From contig CAWDOD010000011.1 of the NCBI GenBank assembly GCA_963803805.1, forward strand, positions 448,001 to 512,000: a stretch of 64,000 bases of DNA, given 5' to 3'. This DNA comes from an uncultured cyanobacterium (lineage in GTDB: Bacteria; Cyanobacteriota; Cyanobacteriia; Cyanobacteriales; CAWCAG01). Positions 30,572 through 41,617 of the stretch are shown in pieces (the stretch's first letter is position 1; each line of letters starts with the position of its first letter). A model generated the notes under the pieces. That model was not told the origin of the DNA, made no database searches, and saw only the letters and a list, made by a program, of their open reading frames with translations. Position numbers and translations under genes: made by a program.

Positions 30572-32182
30572 ATGCTTCTTCTTGATTTTTATGTACCTCA
30601 CGGACACTGTTACCTTTGGCAAACTGATTTAGTTAGCTTACATATTATCTCCGACACTTTAATTGCGATCGCTTATTATTCTATTCCCCTACTTTTAATC
30701 TATTTTATTCGCCAAAGAAAAGATACTCCTTTCAAAGGGGTACTTCTTTTATTTATTACCTTTATTTTGGCCTGTGGTACTACTCATTTAATGGCAGTTT
30801 GGACAATTTGGCATCCTGACTATTGGTTGTCTGGTTTAATTAAAGCCTTTACTGCTCTAGTTTCTTGTTACACAGCCATTGTTTTAATCAAACTGATTCC
30901 CCAAGCTTTAGCTTTACCAAGTCAGGCTGAACTAGAACAAGAAATTCGTAACAAGGAAGAAGCAGAAGTAAAATTAAAAGAAAGTCAATACTTTATCCAG
31001 CAAATTACTGATACCACACCGACTATTCTCTACATTTACGACCTAGAAGAAAAGCGTAATATTTATAGTAATCGTGCCATCGGTGATATTTTAGGTTATT
31101 CTTCCCAAACAATTAAAGATATGGGGGCAGAATTATTAATTAAAGTTGTTCATCCAGATGATCTACCTAAAATGGGTCAGCATCACCAAAACTTAACCAA
31201 TGCCAAAAAAAACGACACCTTAGAAATTGAGCATCGGGCAATTCATAGCAGTGGAGAATGGCGGTGGCTTTATAGTCGAGATACAGCTTTTGCTTTTAAT
31301 AGTGATGGTAAAGTTAAACAGATTTTGGGAAGTTGTATAGATATAACCGAACGCAAACAAGCAGAAATTAAATTAAAAGCATACCGAGAGCATTTAGAAG
31401 AATTAGTTTCTACCCGTACTACTGAACTTCAAGGAGAAATTATCGAGCGCAGGCAAGCAGAAGAAAACCTGAGACAAAGTAATAGAGAACTAGCTCGTTC
31501 TAACGAAGAATTAGAGCAGTTTGCCTATATAGCTTCCCACGATTTACAAGAACCTTTGAGGGCGGTTACTAGCTATGCTCAACTACTAGAAAAAAGATAT
31601 GTCGATCAACTAGATGAAAAAGCCCAAAAATACATCATCAACATTGTTGATGGTGGAACCAGGATGCAACAGTTAATCAACGATTTGCTCAACTACTCAA
31701 GGGTAGGGACAAAAGGAGCAGAATTTCAACCCGTTGCCACTGAAAAGATAGTTAAGCGAGTTTTAGCTAACCTAAAAATTGCTATCGTCAAAAGTAAAGC
31801 TAAGATAACCTACGACCCCTTACCAACAATTACCGGAGATCAAAGTCAACTAATCCAACTATTCCAAAACCTGATTAGTAACGCCATTAAATTCCATGGT
31901 GATGCTCCTCCCCAAATCCACATTTGGGCAACCAAAGAGTCTCAAGCTTGGCATTTTTGTATCCGCGATCGCGGTATAGGTATTGAAGCAGAATATGCAG
32001 ATCGTATCTTCGTGATCTTCCAACGCCTCCATAGCCGTAGTAAATATCCTGGTACAGGTATTGGCTTAGCTATCTGTAAAAAAATTGTGGAGAGACATAA
32101 AGGTAAAATTTGGTTAGATTCAAAACTAGGGGAAGGTAGTACTTTTTACTTCTCTTTTCCTTTTCTTAAGCAAGATATGTAA
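30572..32182 (+). CDS. Sensor histidine kinase: ETR1-like ethylene-binding domain, PAS, Cph1-type kinase
   Basis: SDTLIAIAYYSIP and FILACGTTH; ASHDLQEPLR H-box; GTGIGL. Confidence 0.9.
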   Translation: MLLLDFYVPHGHCYLWQTDLVSLHIISDTLIAIAYYSIPLLLIYFIRQRKDTPFKGVLLLFITFILACGTTHLMAVWTIWHPDYWLSGLIKAFTALVSCYTAIVLIKLIPQALALPSQAELEQEIRNKEEAEVKLKESQYFIQQITDTTPTILYIYDLEEKRNIYSNRAIGDILGYSSQTIKDMGAELLIKVVHPDDLPKMGQHHQNLTNAKKNDTLEIEHRAIHSSGEWRWLYSRDTAFAFNSDGKVKQILGSCIDITERKQAEIKLKAYREHLEELVSTRTTELQGEIIERRQAEENLRQSNRELARSNEELEQFAYIASHDLQEPLRAVTSYAQLLEKRYVDQLDEKAQKYIINIVDGGTRMQQLINDLLNYSRVGTKGAEFQPVATEKIVKRVLANLKIAIVKSKAKITYDPLPTITGDQSQLIQLFQNLISNAIKFHGDAPPQIHIWATKESQAWHFCIRDRGIGIEAEYADRIFVIFQRLHSRSKYPGTGIGLAICKKIVERHKGKIWLDSKLGEGSTFYFSFPFLKQDM

Positions 32183-32186
32183 TTAA

Positions 32187-32639
32187 ATGAACCAAAATAC
32201 CTCAATGCACAAGAAATCCTGGGAAATTCTTTTAGTAGAAGACTCTCCTACTGATGCTGACTTGACAGCAGAAGCTTTTAGTGAAAGCGATCTTGTTAAT
32301 AAACTTCATATAGTAGAGGATGGAGTCGAAGCCTTAAAATTTCTACGCCGTCAGGGACAATACAGTAATGAGGTACATCCAGACGTTATCCTACTAGACT
32401 TAAACCTACCTAAAAAAAATGGCCACGAAGTACTCGCAGAAATTAAAGAAGATTCTGAACTAAGGTCAATTCCAGTAGTAGTCCTGACTACCTCTGCGGC
32501 TGAAGAAGATGTTCTTAAAAGCTATCAACTTCATGGCAACTGCTATATTACCAAACCCGTTGAACTAGATCGTTTTATTGAGGTGGTGAGTTCAATCGAG
32601 GATTTTTGGTTATCTACAGTGAAATTACCGTCCCAGTAA
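32187..32639 (+). CDS. Single-domain response regulator (Rcp1-like)
   Basis: [25 protein letters not shown] motif. Confidence 0.93.
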   Translation: MNQNTSMHKKSWEILLVEDSPTDADLTAEAFSESDLVNKLHIVEDGVEALKFLRRQGQYSNEVHPDVILLDLNLPKKNGHEVLAEIKEDSELRSIPVVVLTTSAAEEDVLKSYQLHGNCYITKPVELDRFIEVVSSIEDFWLSTVKLPSQ

Positions 32640-32646
32640 AAATTAT

Positions 32647-35163
32647 ATGATCGCAGAAGTTCTCAAAATCCTGCTCGTAGAAGATAATTTTGTTGACGCG
32701 GATCTCCTCCAAGAAAATCTGGAGGAAGCAGATAACGTTCAATGGGAATTGGTTCATGTTGAAACCCTTAGAGAAGGACTACAAAAGCTAACGAAAGAAG
32801 AGTTTAGTATTGTTTTATTAGACTTATCTCTCCCCGATGAACAGGGACTGGCAACAGTGAGGCGTACCCATGCCGCAGTACCAGAAACCCCCATAGTTGT
32901 CTTAACGGGTCTTAATGATGAAGAAGCGGCCTTAGAAGCAGTTAGGGAAGGGGCCCAGGATTATTTGATTAAAGGGGAATTTCATGGCAGCTTATTAATG
33001 AGGGCCCTGCGTTATGCCATTGAACGGGGACAAATGCTTCAGTGTTTACGACGTAGCGAAGAAAGATATGCTCTAGCAGTGCGTGGCGCGAAGGACGGAC
33101 TTTGGGATTGGGATATTTTAACTAACCAAATCTACTTTTCCCCCCGTTGGAAGAGGATGCTGGGGTGTAGTGAAGAAGAATTGTGGCAAGAGCCAGAAGA
33201 ATGGTTTAATCGCGTCCATCCCCAAGACTTAGCTGAGTTACAAACAGCCATTGTTAGTCATTTAAGGGGAGATACTTCTCACTTAGAAAATGAGCATCGT
33301 ATTCTACATCAAGATCAAAGCTATCGTTGGATGCTCTGTCGAGGACAGGCAATTTGGGATACCCAAGGAAAAGCTTATCGCCTCGCTGGTTCCCAAACTG
33401 ATATCACCGAACGCAAAGCCTTAGAACAGGCTATTTTCCAAGAAAAAGAACTTGCTCAAGTTACCTTAACTTCTATTGGGGATGCTGTTATCACCACAGA
33501 TGTAGCGGGAAGAATTGAATCTTTTAATCCAGCAGCACAAAAGCTTACAGGTTGGTCTTTCCCAGAGGTTAAAGGCAAGCTGATGGGGGAAGTATGCCAT
33601 ATTTTCGACGAAATCACTCGCCAACCCGCAGCTAACCCTGCTGAAATTGCCATCAAAGAAGGAAGAGTAGTTAATTCTTCCCATCACCTAATTTTAGTTT
33701 CTCGCCAAGGACAGGAATTTGCTATAGATGATTCTAGCGCACCGATTCGGGCTAGGGATGGGGAAATTGTTGGTGCAGTAGTGGTATTCATAGATATCAC
33801 AGAAGAGCGTAATATGGCAAAAAAAATGTCTTGGCAAGCTAACCATGATCCTTTAACTGGTTTGGTTAATCGCCGAGAATTTGGTCGCCGAGTTGAGACT
33901 GCCCTACAAGATGCTAAAAGCAAAAGTTATCAACACGCCCTTTGTTATTTAGATTTAGATCGCTTTAAAATTGTTAATGATACCTGTGGTCATGCGGCTG
34001 GGGATGAACTGTTGCGACAAATTACTGTGTTGTTGCAAAGCAAGGTGCGTAAAAGCGATACTCTGGCGCGATTGGGAGGGGACGAATTTGGGGTCTTGTT
34101 ATACCAATGTCCCATTGAAAAAGCTTTAGAATTAGCTAATACTTTACGCTCAGCTATTTATGAATTTCGCTTTGCTTGGCAAGATAAGCTATTTGCTGTG
34201 GGAGTTAGTATTGGGTTGGTAGCTATTCATTCGGAGACAAAAAGTTTAGATAGCGTTTTACAAGCAGCAGATACAGCCTGTTATACAGCCAAGAATCATG
34301 GACGTAATCGTGTTAGCTTAGCCCCGGTAAAGGAAGAAGCCGGGGAACCAAGATTTGCAGAGATACAGTGGTTATCTCGCCTTACTGAAGCTTTAGAAAG
34401 AAATCATTTTTGCTTATATTACCAACCTATTGCTCCTTTAAATACTAACTCTAAAAAAGAGAAACATTATGAGTTGTTTTTGCGTTTAGTTGAAGGAGAA
34501 AGACTTATTCCACCAATGGCTTTTATCCCCGCAGCAGAACGCTATAATTTGATGTCTGCTATTGATCGCTGGGTTGTCCATCGCATCTTTAGCCATTTAA
34601 CAGCAACCCCCTATTTGACCGAAAACCAAGCTTGGTTAGGCAAAAAAGAGGTTTTTTATAATGGTAGTTTGCCTACTTCTAATCAAGAAGAAGTTATTTA
34701 TACAATTAATATCTCTAATGCTAGTATCAACGATGAAGGATTTAGGGATTTTTTACATGAGCAATTTACTTTATATAAAGTTTCTCCCCGTTGTATTTGT
34801 TTTGAGATAACCGAAACCATCGCCATTACTAATTTTAGTAAAACAGCAGAGTTGATGCGCGAGTTTAAATCTTTAGGTTGTCGCTTCTCTTTAGATAATT
34901 TTGGTAGCGGCTTTTCTTCTTTAGCTTACTTAAAAAACTTGCCTCTAGATTATCTCAAAATTGATGGTAACTTTATTAAAAATGCTAACAATCCCATAGA
35001 TTTATCAATCATTCACGCTATTAATAGTATTGGTAAAGCTATGGGAGTAGAGACTATTGCTGAGTTCGTTGAGAATGAAGAAACCTTAACTCATATTAAA
35101 TCTTTAGGTCTAAGTTATGCCCAAGGGTTTGCGATCGCAGAACCTTGTTTGTTTTTGAATTGA
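32647..35163 (+). CDS. REC-PAS-PAS-GGDEF-EAL protein
   Basis: Intact GGDEF with RKSD I-site; EAL domain reads ELF and DNFGSG. Confidence 0.92.
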   Translation: MIAEVLKILLVEDNFVDADLLQENLEEADNVQWELVHVETLREGLQKLTKEEFSIVLLDLSLPDEQGLATVRRTHAAVPETPIVVLTGLNDEEAALEAVREGAQDYLIKGEFHGSLLMRALRYAIERGQMLQCLRRSEERYALAVRGAKDGLWDWDILTNQIYFSPRWKRMLGCSEEELWQEPEEWFNRVHPQDLAELQTAIVSHLRGDTSHLENEHRILHQDQSYRWMLCRGQAIWDTQGKAYRLAGSQTDITERKALEQAIFQEKELAQVTLTSIGDAVITTDVAGRIESFNPAAQKLTGWSFPEVKGKLMGEVCHIFDEITRQPAANPAEIAIKEGRVVNSSHHLILVSRQGQEFAIDDSSAPIRARDGEIVGAVVVFIDITEERNMAKKMSWQANHDPLTGLVNRREFGRRVETALQDAKSKSYQHALCYLDLDRFKIVNDTCGHAAGDELLRQITVLLQSKVRKSDTLARLGGDEFGVLLYQCPIEKALELANTLRSAIYEFRFAWQDKLFAVGVSIGLVAIHSETKSLDSVLQAADTACYTAKNHGRNRVSLAPVKEEAGEPRFAEIQWLSRLTEALERNHFCLYYQPIAPLNTNSKKEKHYELFLRLVEGERLIPPMAFIPAAERYNLMSAIDRWVVHRIFSHLTATPYLTENQAWLGKKEVFYNGSLPTSNQEEVIYTINISNASINDEGFRDFLHEQFTLYKVSPRCICFEITETIAITNFSKTAELMREFKSLGCRFSLDNFGSGFSSLAYLKNLPLDYLKIDGNFIKNANNPIDLSIIHAINSIGKAMGVETIAEFVENEETLTHIKSLGLSYAQGFAIAEPCLFLN

Positions 35164-35257
35164 AGAAAGCGATAAGTTAAGTAATAAGTAATAAGTTGAG
35201 GATATACTGTTCCCCCTTCCATAAAGTTATTAACAACTAGCAACTAGCCATTAGCCA

Positions 35258-37183
35258 TTAGCCATTAAAAATCTCTACAGGTTCAATTTCTTCTGCTGGT
35301 TTGAAACCAAAAACTTGGGAATAGAAATAAAATTCTCCATCTAGGGCGCGTTTAATATTTTCAGCCTTTCGGAAACCGTGTTGTTCCCCAGAAAAAGTTA
35401 TATAAGCAACAGGTATACCTTTACTTTTAATTGCTTCTACCATCTTTTGGGCTTGGTTAGGAGGGGTTATTTCATCTTCTAGACCTTGGAAAAATATTAC
35501 AGGACAGGACAGTTTTTCTGTAAAATGAAGCGGCGATCGCGCCATATATAAGTCCTTTTCTTGAGGATATTTCCCCACTAACCTATCTAAATATCGCGAT
35601 TCAAATTTATGGGTTTCTTTGGCTAGAACTTCTAAATCACTGACCCCATAATAACTAGCCCCTGCTTTAAAAACATTCAAAAAAGTCAAAGCACATAAAG
35701 TAGTATAACCCCCGGCACTGCCTCCAGAAATTGCTAATCTTTCCCCATCAACTTTACCCTGTGTTATCAAATACTTGGCAGCATTAGCACAGTCGTTAAC
35801 ATCAACTATACCCCACTGTCCATCTAGCCTCTGGCGATACTCCTTACCATAACCACTACTACCACCATAATTAACATCCACTACCCCAAAACCCCGACTC
35901 GTCCAGTATTGCGTCTTTAGGCTTAAGGTAGGAGAAGCTGCGGCTGTGGGGCCACCATGACTTTTTACTAACAAGGGGGGAACTTCCCCTGGGGGTGGGG
36001 TGTAATCTTGATTTTGGGGAGGATAGTACCAAGCATAGGCAGTTAAGTTGTTTTCTGTAGGGAAAGCTATTTCTTGGGGAAGAGAAAGATAACCAGAATC
36101 TATAGCTAAATCACTACTGGTTTTAATTACCGCAATCTCTCCTGCTTGCCATTGCAATACAGCCGCAGATTCCGTTGGTGATCCTCCTAAAAAGAAAAGT
36201 TTGTGGGGAGTTACTTGGAGATAATCAATACTCGTATAAGGAGTATTGATAACTTGCCCTGATTTTGTATTAAGATCCAAACTTGCTAAATAACTTCTGC
36301 CACCTTGAAAATAGGTGCAAACCAATTTATCTGGGGAGGAGAAGCCATACATAGACAAACCAAAAACCCAATGAGGATAGCCAAACTCTGCCTCCATCTC
36401 CCACAATGTCTCAACTTCCCCATTACCGTTGTAGCGATATAAATTCCACCAACCTGTGGAATCGCTGGCAAAATACAATTTACCATCAGGACTCCACCGA
36501 GGTTCAAAAATAGCTTCTTCTTCTCCTCCAGCAAGACATTGCACATTATCCAAACAACCGTCTTCTTGAATCTCCCCTACCCACAACTGTGTCGCATCCC
36601 AAGGTAAATTAGGATGTTGCCAATCTAACCAAACTAACTTAGAACCATCGGGGCTAAGGCGAGGGGAAGCATAGAAGTCACTACCAGAAATCAAGGTTTG
36701 TACTTCTCCCGACTCAATATCAACACTAACTAAACTATTAACAGGTTCAGATTCTCCCTCCAGACGTTCCTCACAAACACAAATCAAGCGATTATGCGAC
36801 CTATCCAAAACGGCATCAGCGTAGCGTCGTGGGGACTCTGAGGTTAAGGGTTGAGGTTCAGCACCAATTTTTTGTTTGTAAAGCCGTTGATCAACAAAAT
36901 TACTAAAATAAACTGTCCCCTCAGTCACAAAAAATGCACCGCCACCATATTCATGGACACGGGTACGGACATTGTAGGGTGCAGGGGTAATATCAGCGAC
37001 CTTTCCCTCTTTATCTCTTTGTACCAAGACATTGCGCCCCCCTTCACCAGGTCTTCCTTCCAACCAATAAAGATTGTCGCCATCAACAGCAATGCTGCCT
37101 AACCTAATACTTCCCGCAACAATTAAATCCGAGGTAATCGGAGATTTCCAAGAACCAAAAGGAACAGTTTTTTTATTAATCAT
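35258..37183 (-). CDS. S9 family peptidase
   Basis: GSWKSPI N-terminus, HGGPT, GGSAGG nucleophile, EQHGF. Confidence 0.93.
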   Translation of the reverse strand: MINKKTVPFGSWKSPITSDLIVAGSIRLGSIAVDGDNLYWLEGRPGEGGRNVLVQRDKEGKVADITPAPYNVRTRVHEYGGGAFFVTEGTVYFSNFVDQRLYKQKIGAEPQPLTSESPRRYADAVLDRSHNRLICVCEERLEGESEPVNSLVSVDIESGEVQTLISGSDFYASPRLSPDGSKLVWLDWQHPNLPWDATQLWVGEIQEDGCLDNVQCLAGGEEEAIFEPRWSPDGKLYFASDSTGWWNLYRYNGNGEVETLWEMEAEFGYPHWVFGLSMYGFSSPDKLVCTYFQGGRSYLASLDLNTKSGQVINTPYTSIDYLQVTPHKLFFLGGSPTESAAVLQWQAGEIAVIKTSSDLAIDSGYLSLPQEIAFPTENNLTAYAWYYPPQNQDYTPPPGEVPPLLVKSHGGPTAAASPTLSLKTQYWTSRGFGVVDVNYGGSSGYGKEYRQRLDGQWGIVDVNDCANAAKYLITQGKVDGERLAISGGSAGGYTTLCALTFLNVFKAGASYYGVSDLEVLAKETHKFESRYLDRLVGKYPQEKDLYMARSPLHFTEKLSCPVIFFQGLEDEITPPNQAQKMVEAIKSKGIPVAYITFSGEQHGFRKAENIKRALDGEFYFYSQVFGFKPAEEIEPVEIFNG

Positions 37184-37274
37184 TTATTATTAAACATTTG
37201 TCATTTTCTCATAGTCAGGCTTTAGTATACTCATAATCATTGCCTTGTGATACTTTCGGTCGCAAAAGACCTAC

Positions 37275-37577
37275 TTACTCATTTTTGGATTGTTGCCAAT
37301 GCTCCATCTCTTCATTAATAAAGTGATTAACTAAATCCTGGTAAATCTTTTCAATTACATCAGCATTTAATCCTTCCTCCTCTGCCCAAACTCGACGTTG
37401 CTTTAACATCATTGGCAAGCGTTCAGGCGCTCTGACAGTTGTTTCACTTATCTTAAACTTAGTAGCCGCTTTAACGTAGGTGAAACGCTGCCCAAATAGC
37501 GCAATAACTTGACGATCTAAGCGATCTATTTCCCCTCGAATATCTGCAATGTTTTTACATTGATCGGGTGTCTTCAT
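37275..37577 (-). CDS. Isochorismate pyruvate lyase / AroQ chorismate mutase (PchB-like)
   Basis: MKTPDQC..DIR..IDRLD..R..YVKAA..FK..APER. Confidence 0.85.
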   Translation of the reverse strand: MKTPDQCKNIADIRGEIDRLDRQVIALFGQRFTYVKAATKFKISETTVRAPERLPMMLKQRRVWAEEEGLNADVIEKIYQDLVNHFINEEMEHWQQSKNE

Positions 37578-37682
37578 AGGCTTACATTATCCCCTTAAAA
37601 AAATGATCAATATGGGTATCAAGCACAATCATAGTCCCATTTTCTAGTCGTCCTGGGCTACTGGTTCAGTTGATCGCAACTT

Positions 37683-38141
37683 TTAACTTTCACTAATAAC
37701 TGACAACTGGTCATTTAAAATTGACTCAGGAACCCTACCAACGAGAGTTCTATTTACCTTTTTCTGGGAGTCAATAAAAGTAAATTGAGGTACGCCCGTA
37801 ACACGATATTCTTTAATTAAACCTTGCCATTGGGGTTCATCAATATTAATGGTGACAAAATCAATCTTCTCTCCGTAGCGATGGTAAAAATCGCTGATTA
37901 AAGGAGCCATGGCTTGGCAAGTCGTACACCAATCTGCATAAAACTCCAATAGCATGGGTTTATCATTGGGCAATGCTTCTTCATAAGGAACAGAATTTTG
38001 GGCCATCCTCTTCATGGCTGCCAAACCTGTAACTGAAGAATTACTTTGCATAGCCGCCATATCTGCTTGGTTAGCAAAAAAAGCCCCCACCAGAAATAAA
38101 GCGATAATTATGGCAATTATTAAAGAGCGAAGTTTAGTCAT
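37683..38141 (-). CDS. Membrane-anchored thioredoxin (TxlA-like)
   Basis: N-terminal TM; FYADWCTTC; GVP cis-Pro loop. Confidence 0.88.
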   Translation of the reverse strand: MTKLRSLIIAIIIALFLVGAFFANQADMAAMQSNSSVTGLAAMKRMAQNSVPYEEALPNDKPMLLEFYADWCTTCQAMAPLISDFYHRYGEKIDFVTINIDEPQWQGLIKEYRVTGVPQFTFIDSQKKVNRTLVGRVPESILNDQLSVISES

Positions 38142-38277
38142 TGGTTAATAAATTAGGAAATTGTTTGTTAGTCGGTGTAGATAACTATTATTCAAGATAC
38201 AAATTGTGCTACACAATTTCCACGGTAACTGTTTAACTGATAATTCTGCCGCTATTTTCTGGAGTAAATCTTAACTT

Positions 38278-39063
38278 ATGAATCTTCGCCAATTAATACT
38301 CTTCCTAGGAATCATGCTTGGCGGGTTTGCACCTATCATTCCTACAGCCGCTAGCACATCTTTGCCTAATTTGTCTCAAACTACACCCCCATGGGAGATT
38401 AGTCTCAAATTTCCCTCTGGGGATGAGAGGCGAGGTGGCCCAAGTCGGACAGCAGGGGCAGGAAGACGCTCTGTCCCTTCTGCTGAGGAGCTTTGTGTTG
38501 ACACAAGTAAGCCACGTCTTACGGTATTAATGCCAAAAAATAATATTGGTACAACTATTGCTCCTAATCCCAACATGGTCTGGTTTGTACCGAAAAGCAC
38601 AGCGACTGAAGCAGAGTTTGTTATTGTCAATCAGGATTTACGTCAAGAAGTTTACTTTGCAAGTTTTAAGATTCCTGAAGGGGAGAATATTGTCAAACTT
38701 GAACTTCCTGAAGAGTTGGAGTTAGAAAAAGGAACCAACTATTCTTGGTCTTTAGCCCTAGTCTGTGATTTCCAAGATAGGAGTAAAGATGAAGTAGTTA
38801 GAGGATTATTGGAACGTCAAGAATTAGAGAAGTCTTTAGAAGTTCAACTTGAAGAGCAAGCAGAAGAGCCTTTCAAGAAGGTAGAAACCTATGCCAAGGC
38901 TAAAGCCTGGAACGAAACTTTATTAAGTATTTTATCTCTTCGGGAAAAATACCCCCAAGAATGGCGAGATTTTCTTGCTTCTGTGGAATTGGCCGATTTA
39001 GCAGATTTTCCTGTAGTAGAAATTGAAGAAGTTGTCGAAGAGATTATAGGGACAGATAATTAA
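38278..39063 (+). CDS. DUF928 family secreted protein
   Basis: Signal peptide; P.RTAGAGRR..C; YSWSLALVC; adjacent to a CHASE2 gene. Confidence 0.85.
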   Translation: MNLRQLILFLGIMLGGFAPIIPTAASTSLPNLSQTTPPWEISLKFPSGDERRGGPSRTAGAGRRSVPSAEELCVDTSKPRLTVLMPKNNIGTTIAPNPNMVWFVPKSTATEAEFVIVNQDLRQEVYFASFKIPEGENIVKLELPEELELEKGTNYSWSLALVCDFQDRSKDEVVRGLLERQELEKSLEVQLEEQAEEPFKKVETYAKAKAWNETLLSILSLREKYPQEWRDFLASVELADLADFPVVEIEEVVEEIIGTDN

Positions 39064-39116
39064 AATGGTGGGATGATGGAAAAAATATGAGCGATTAGCA
39101 ATTAGCAATCAACATA

Positions 39117-41369
39117 ATGACAACATGGACTAGCCTCAAAAAGCTATTTTGGCGAGGACGAGGAGTGTGGATTGTTGCTCCTTCTGTGGCCCTTTTAGTC
39201 ATTTTTATACGTTACATGGGCTTGTTACAAGGGTTAGAGTGGGCATTTTTTGATTTGTATATGCGTCTGCGCCCCCCAGAAACAAGAGATGAGCGCATTG
39301 CTATTGTGGGCATTGATGAAGCTGACATTCAAGAATTTAATAAAGCAATCCTTCCTGATCATATTTATGCCGAACTGCTACAGAAATTGCAAGCAATGCA
39401 GCCTAAAGCTATTGGGTTAGATATTTATCGAGATGTTCCTGTTGACGAAGGCAAAGAAGAATTGGCTAAGGTTTTTGCTGATTTTGACAATATTATTGGC
39501 ATAGAAAAAGTTATTGGAGATCAAGAAACTGAAGTAGTTGCCCCGCCACCGATTTTAAAAAAGAAGGGGCAAGTGGGGGCTAACGATTTAATTTTAGATA
39601 GCGATGGGCGAGTGCGACGCACCCTTGTTTATCTTAGTGATCGCGAAGGTAATTCAATTCCTAGTTTTGGCTTTTATTTAGCAGCCCTCTACCTTGATAA
39701 AAAAGGAATTCCCCTAGAAGTTGTAGAAACCCCAGAAGGTGACTTATGGAAATTAAAAGAAAGAGTTTTACTTCCCTTCACTAGTAACTATGGTGGTTAC
39801 GTTAGAGCCGATGATGGGGGATATCAGGTGATGTTGAACTATCGCGGTGGTAATAAGTCTTTTGAGATGGTTTCTCTTCGGGATGTCTTAGCTGATAAAC
39901 TTCCTCCTGATTGGGGGCGCGATCGCCTCATTTTAATTGGTGCAGTGGGAGAAAGTTCTAGGGATGCTTTTTTTACTCCCTATAGTAGTGGTTTACTGGA
40001 TTTCCCTGAGTCTATGGCGGGGGTAGAAATCCATGCTCATTTGGCTAGTCAAATTATTAGTAGCGTTATTGAGGATCGCCCTTTAATTAACACTTGGACA
40101 GAGCCGTTAGAGTTTTTCTGGATTGCGCTTTGGGCTTTGGTTGGGGCTTATTTAACTTGGAAATTGCGTTCTGTAGGTAAGATTGTTTTTTTATCTTTAA
40201 GTACTCATGTGGTTGCTGCGATAATTTTGGTGGGCAGTAGCTATGGCGCTTTTTTATTGGGTTGGTGGATTCCAGTTATACCACCAATAGTAGCTTTGCT
40301 TGGCTCGGCCGCAGTTATTACAAGTTATATTGCCTATACTGCTGGGTCAATTCGTCAAACCTTTGGACGCTATCTTAACAAGGAAGTGGTTGCTAGCTTG
40401 CTTGAAAGTCCTGAAGGCTTGAAAATGGGGGGACAGAGGCGCAAGGTTACTATTTTAGTTTCGGATTTGCGAGGATTTACTTCCACTTCAGAAAGATTAC
40501 CTCCAGAAGAAGTTGTGAAGATCCTGAACTTCTATCTTGGTGCGATGGCAGATGTTATTACTAAATATCAAGGTACTATTGATGAGTTTATGGGGGATGG
40601 TATTTTAGTTCTGTTTGGCGCACCAACAGCGAGGGAAGATGATGCTACCAAGGCGATCGCCTGTGCTGTTGATATGCAGTTAGGGATGACTTCTATTAAT
40701 GCTCAAATGCAGAAGTGGGGTTTGCGCCCTTTGGAAATGGGTATTGGCATTAATACTGGGGAGGTGGTGGTTGGTAATATTGGCTCAGAAAAACGGACTA
40801 AATATGGGGTGGTGGGAAACCAAGTTAATTTAGCCTATCGCATTGAATCCTATACTATCGGTGGACAAATTCTCGTTTCACAATCAACTTTAAATGAAGC
40901 TAGTACCACAGATATAAATATTCATCAGCAAAAACAAGTTCAACCAAAAGGAGTGAAACAGCCCATTAATATTTATGAGGTAGTGGGCATAGGTCAACCT
41001 TACAATCTTTTGTTGGCTCAACAAAAGGAAACCTTTTTTCAGATCCCCGACTTTTTGCCAATTGAGTATACAGTTTTGGAGGGCAAACATCTAGGAGAAA
41101 ATGTTTTTCAGGGTCAGGTGATAGAGTTATCTTCAAAAAGTGCCAAGGTTATTTCTCAAAGCAATCAAAAAGAACATATTCCTCCTATGCTGACTAATAT
41201 AAAACTAAACTTGCTTAATGTTAGTATTGATGAAGAAGGGGAAGATATTTACGCTAAAGTTTTAGACCAAACTAGTTCATTAGGTAGTTTTTATATTACT
41301 TTTACCTCTGTGCCACCGGAAGCTGCAAGCAAATTAAATGATATTTATAAATCTATTGAATACAGGTAA
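39117..41369 (+). CDS. CHASE2-domain class III nucleotide cyclase, Cya2-like (probable guanylyl cyclase)
   Basis: CHASE2 (GLDIYRD, GVEIHAH) plus 3 TM; SDLRGFT, IDEFMGDG, KRTKYGVVG. Confidence 0.88.
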   Translation: MTTWTSLKKLFWRGRGVWIVAPSVALLVIFIRYMGLLQGLEWAFFDLYMRLRPPETRDERIAIVGIDEADIQEFNKAILPDHIYAELLQKLQAMQPKAIGLDIYRDVPVDEGKEELAKVFADFDNIIGIEKVIGDQETEVVAPPPILKKKGQVGANDLILDSDGRVRRTLVYLSDREGNSIPSFGFYLAALYLDKKGIPLEVVETPEGDLWKLKERVLLPFTSNYGGYVRADDGGYQVMLNYRGGNKSFEMVSLRDVLADKLPPDWGRDRLILIGAVGESSRDAFFTPYSSGLLDFPESMAGVEIHAHLASQIISSVIEDRPLINTWTEPLEFFWIALWALVGAYLTWKLRSVGKIVFLSLSTHVVAAIILVGSSYGAFLLGWWIPVIPPIVALLGSAAVITSYIAYTAGSIRQTFGRYLNKEVVASLLESPEGLKMGGQRRKVTILVSDLRGFTSTSERLPPEEVVKILNFYLGAMADVITKYQGTIDEFMGDGILVLFGAPTAREDDATKAIACAVDMQLGMTSINAQMQKWGLRPLEMGIGINTGEVVVGNIGSEKRTKYGVVGNQVNLAYRIESYTIGGQILVSQSTLNEASTTDINIHQQKQVQPKGVKQPINIYEVVGIGQPYNLLLAQQKETFFQIPDFLPIEYTVLEGKHLGENVFQGQVIELSSKSAKVISQSNQKEHIPPMLTNIKLNLLNVSIDEEGEDIYAKVLDQTSSLGSFYITFTSVPPEAASKLNDIYKSIEYR

Positions 41370-41617
41370 GGTTTTAGGTATTGATTTTGTCTGAAAATAA
41401 TCATAGATAATTTAATTTTCTTAAGATTATTTAAGGCTTGTTTTATGGTATTATTTTAATCGTGAACAGTTATTTTCATGATGGAAGTGGTGAAAGGATA
41501 ATTTGAGAGTCAATATTCCCATTATGATAAATTGATTATACAATAAAATTATCCGCAAAAGTCAAACAATAACAAATTTGCAGCCAATTTTATTTAGTTT
41601 ATTTTACAAACTATCTG

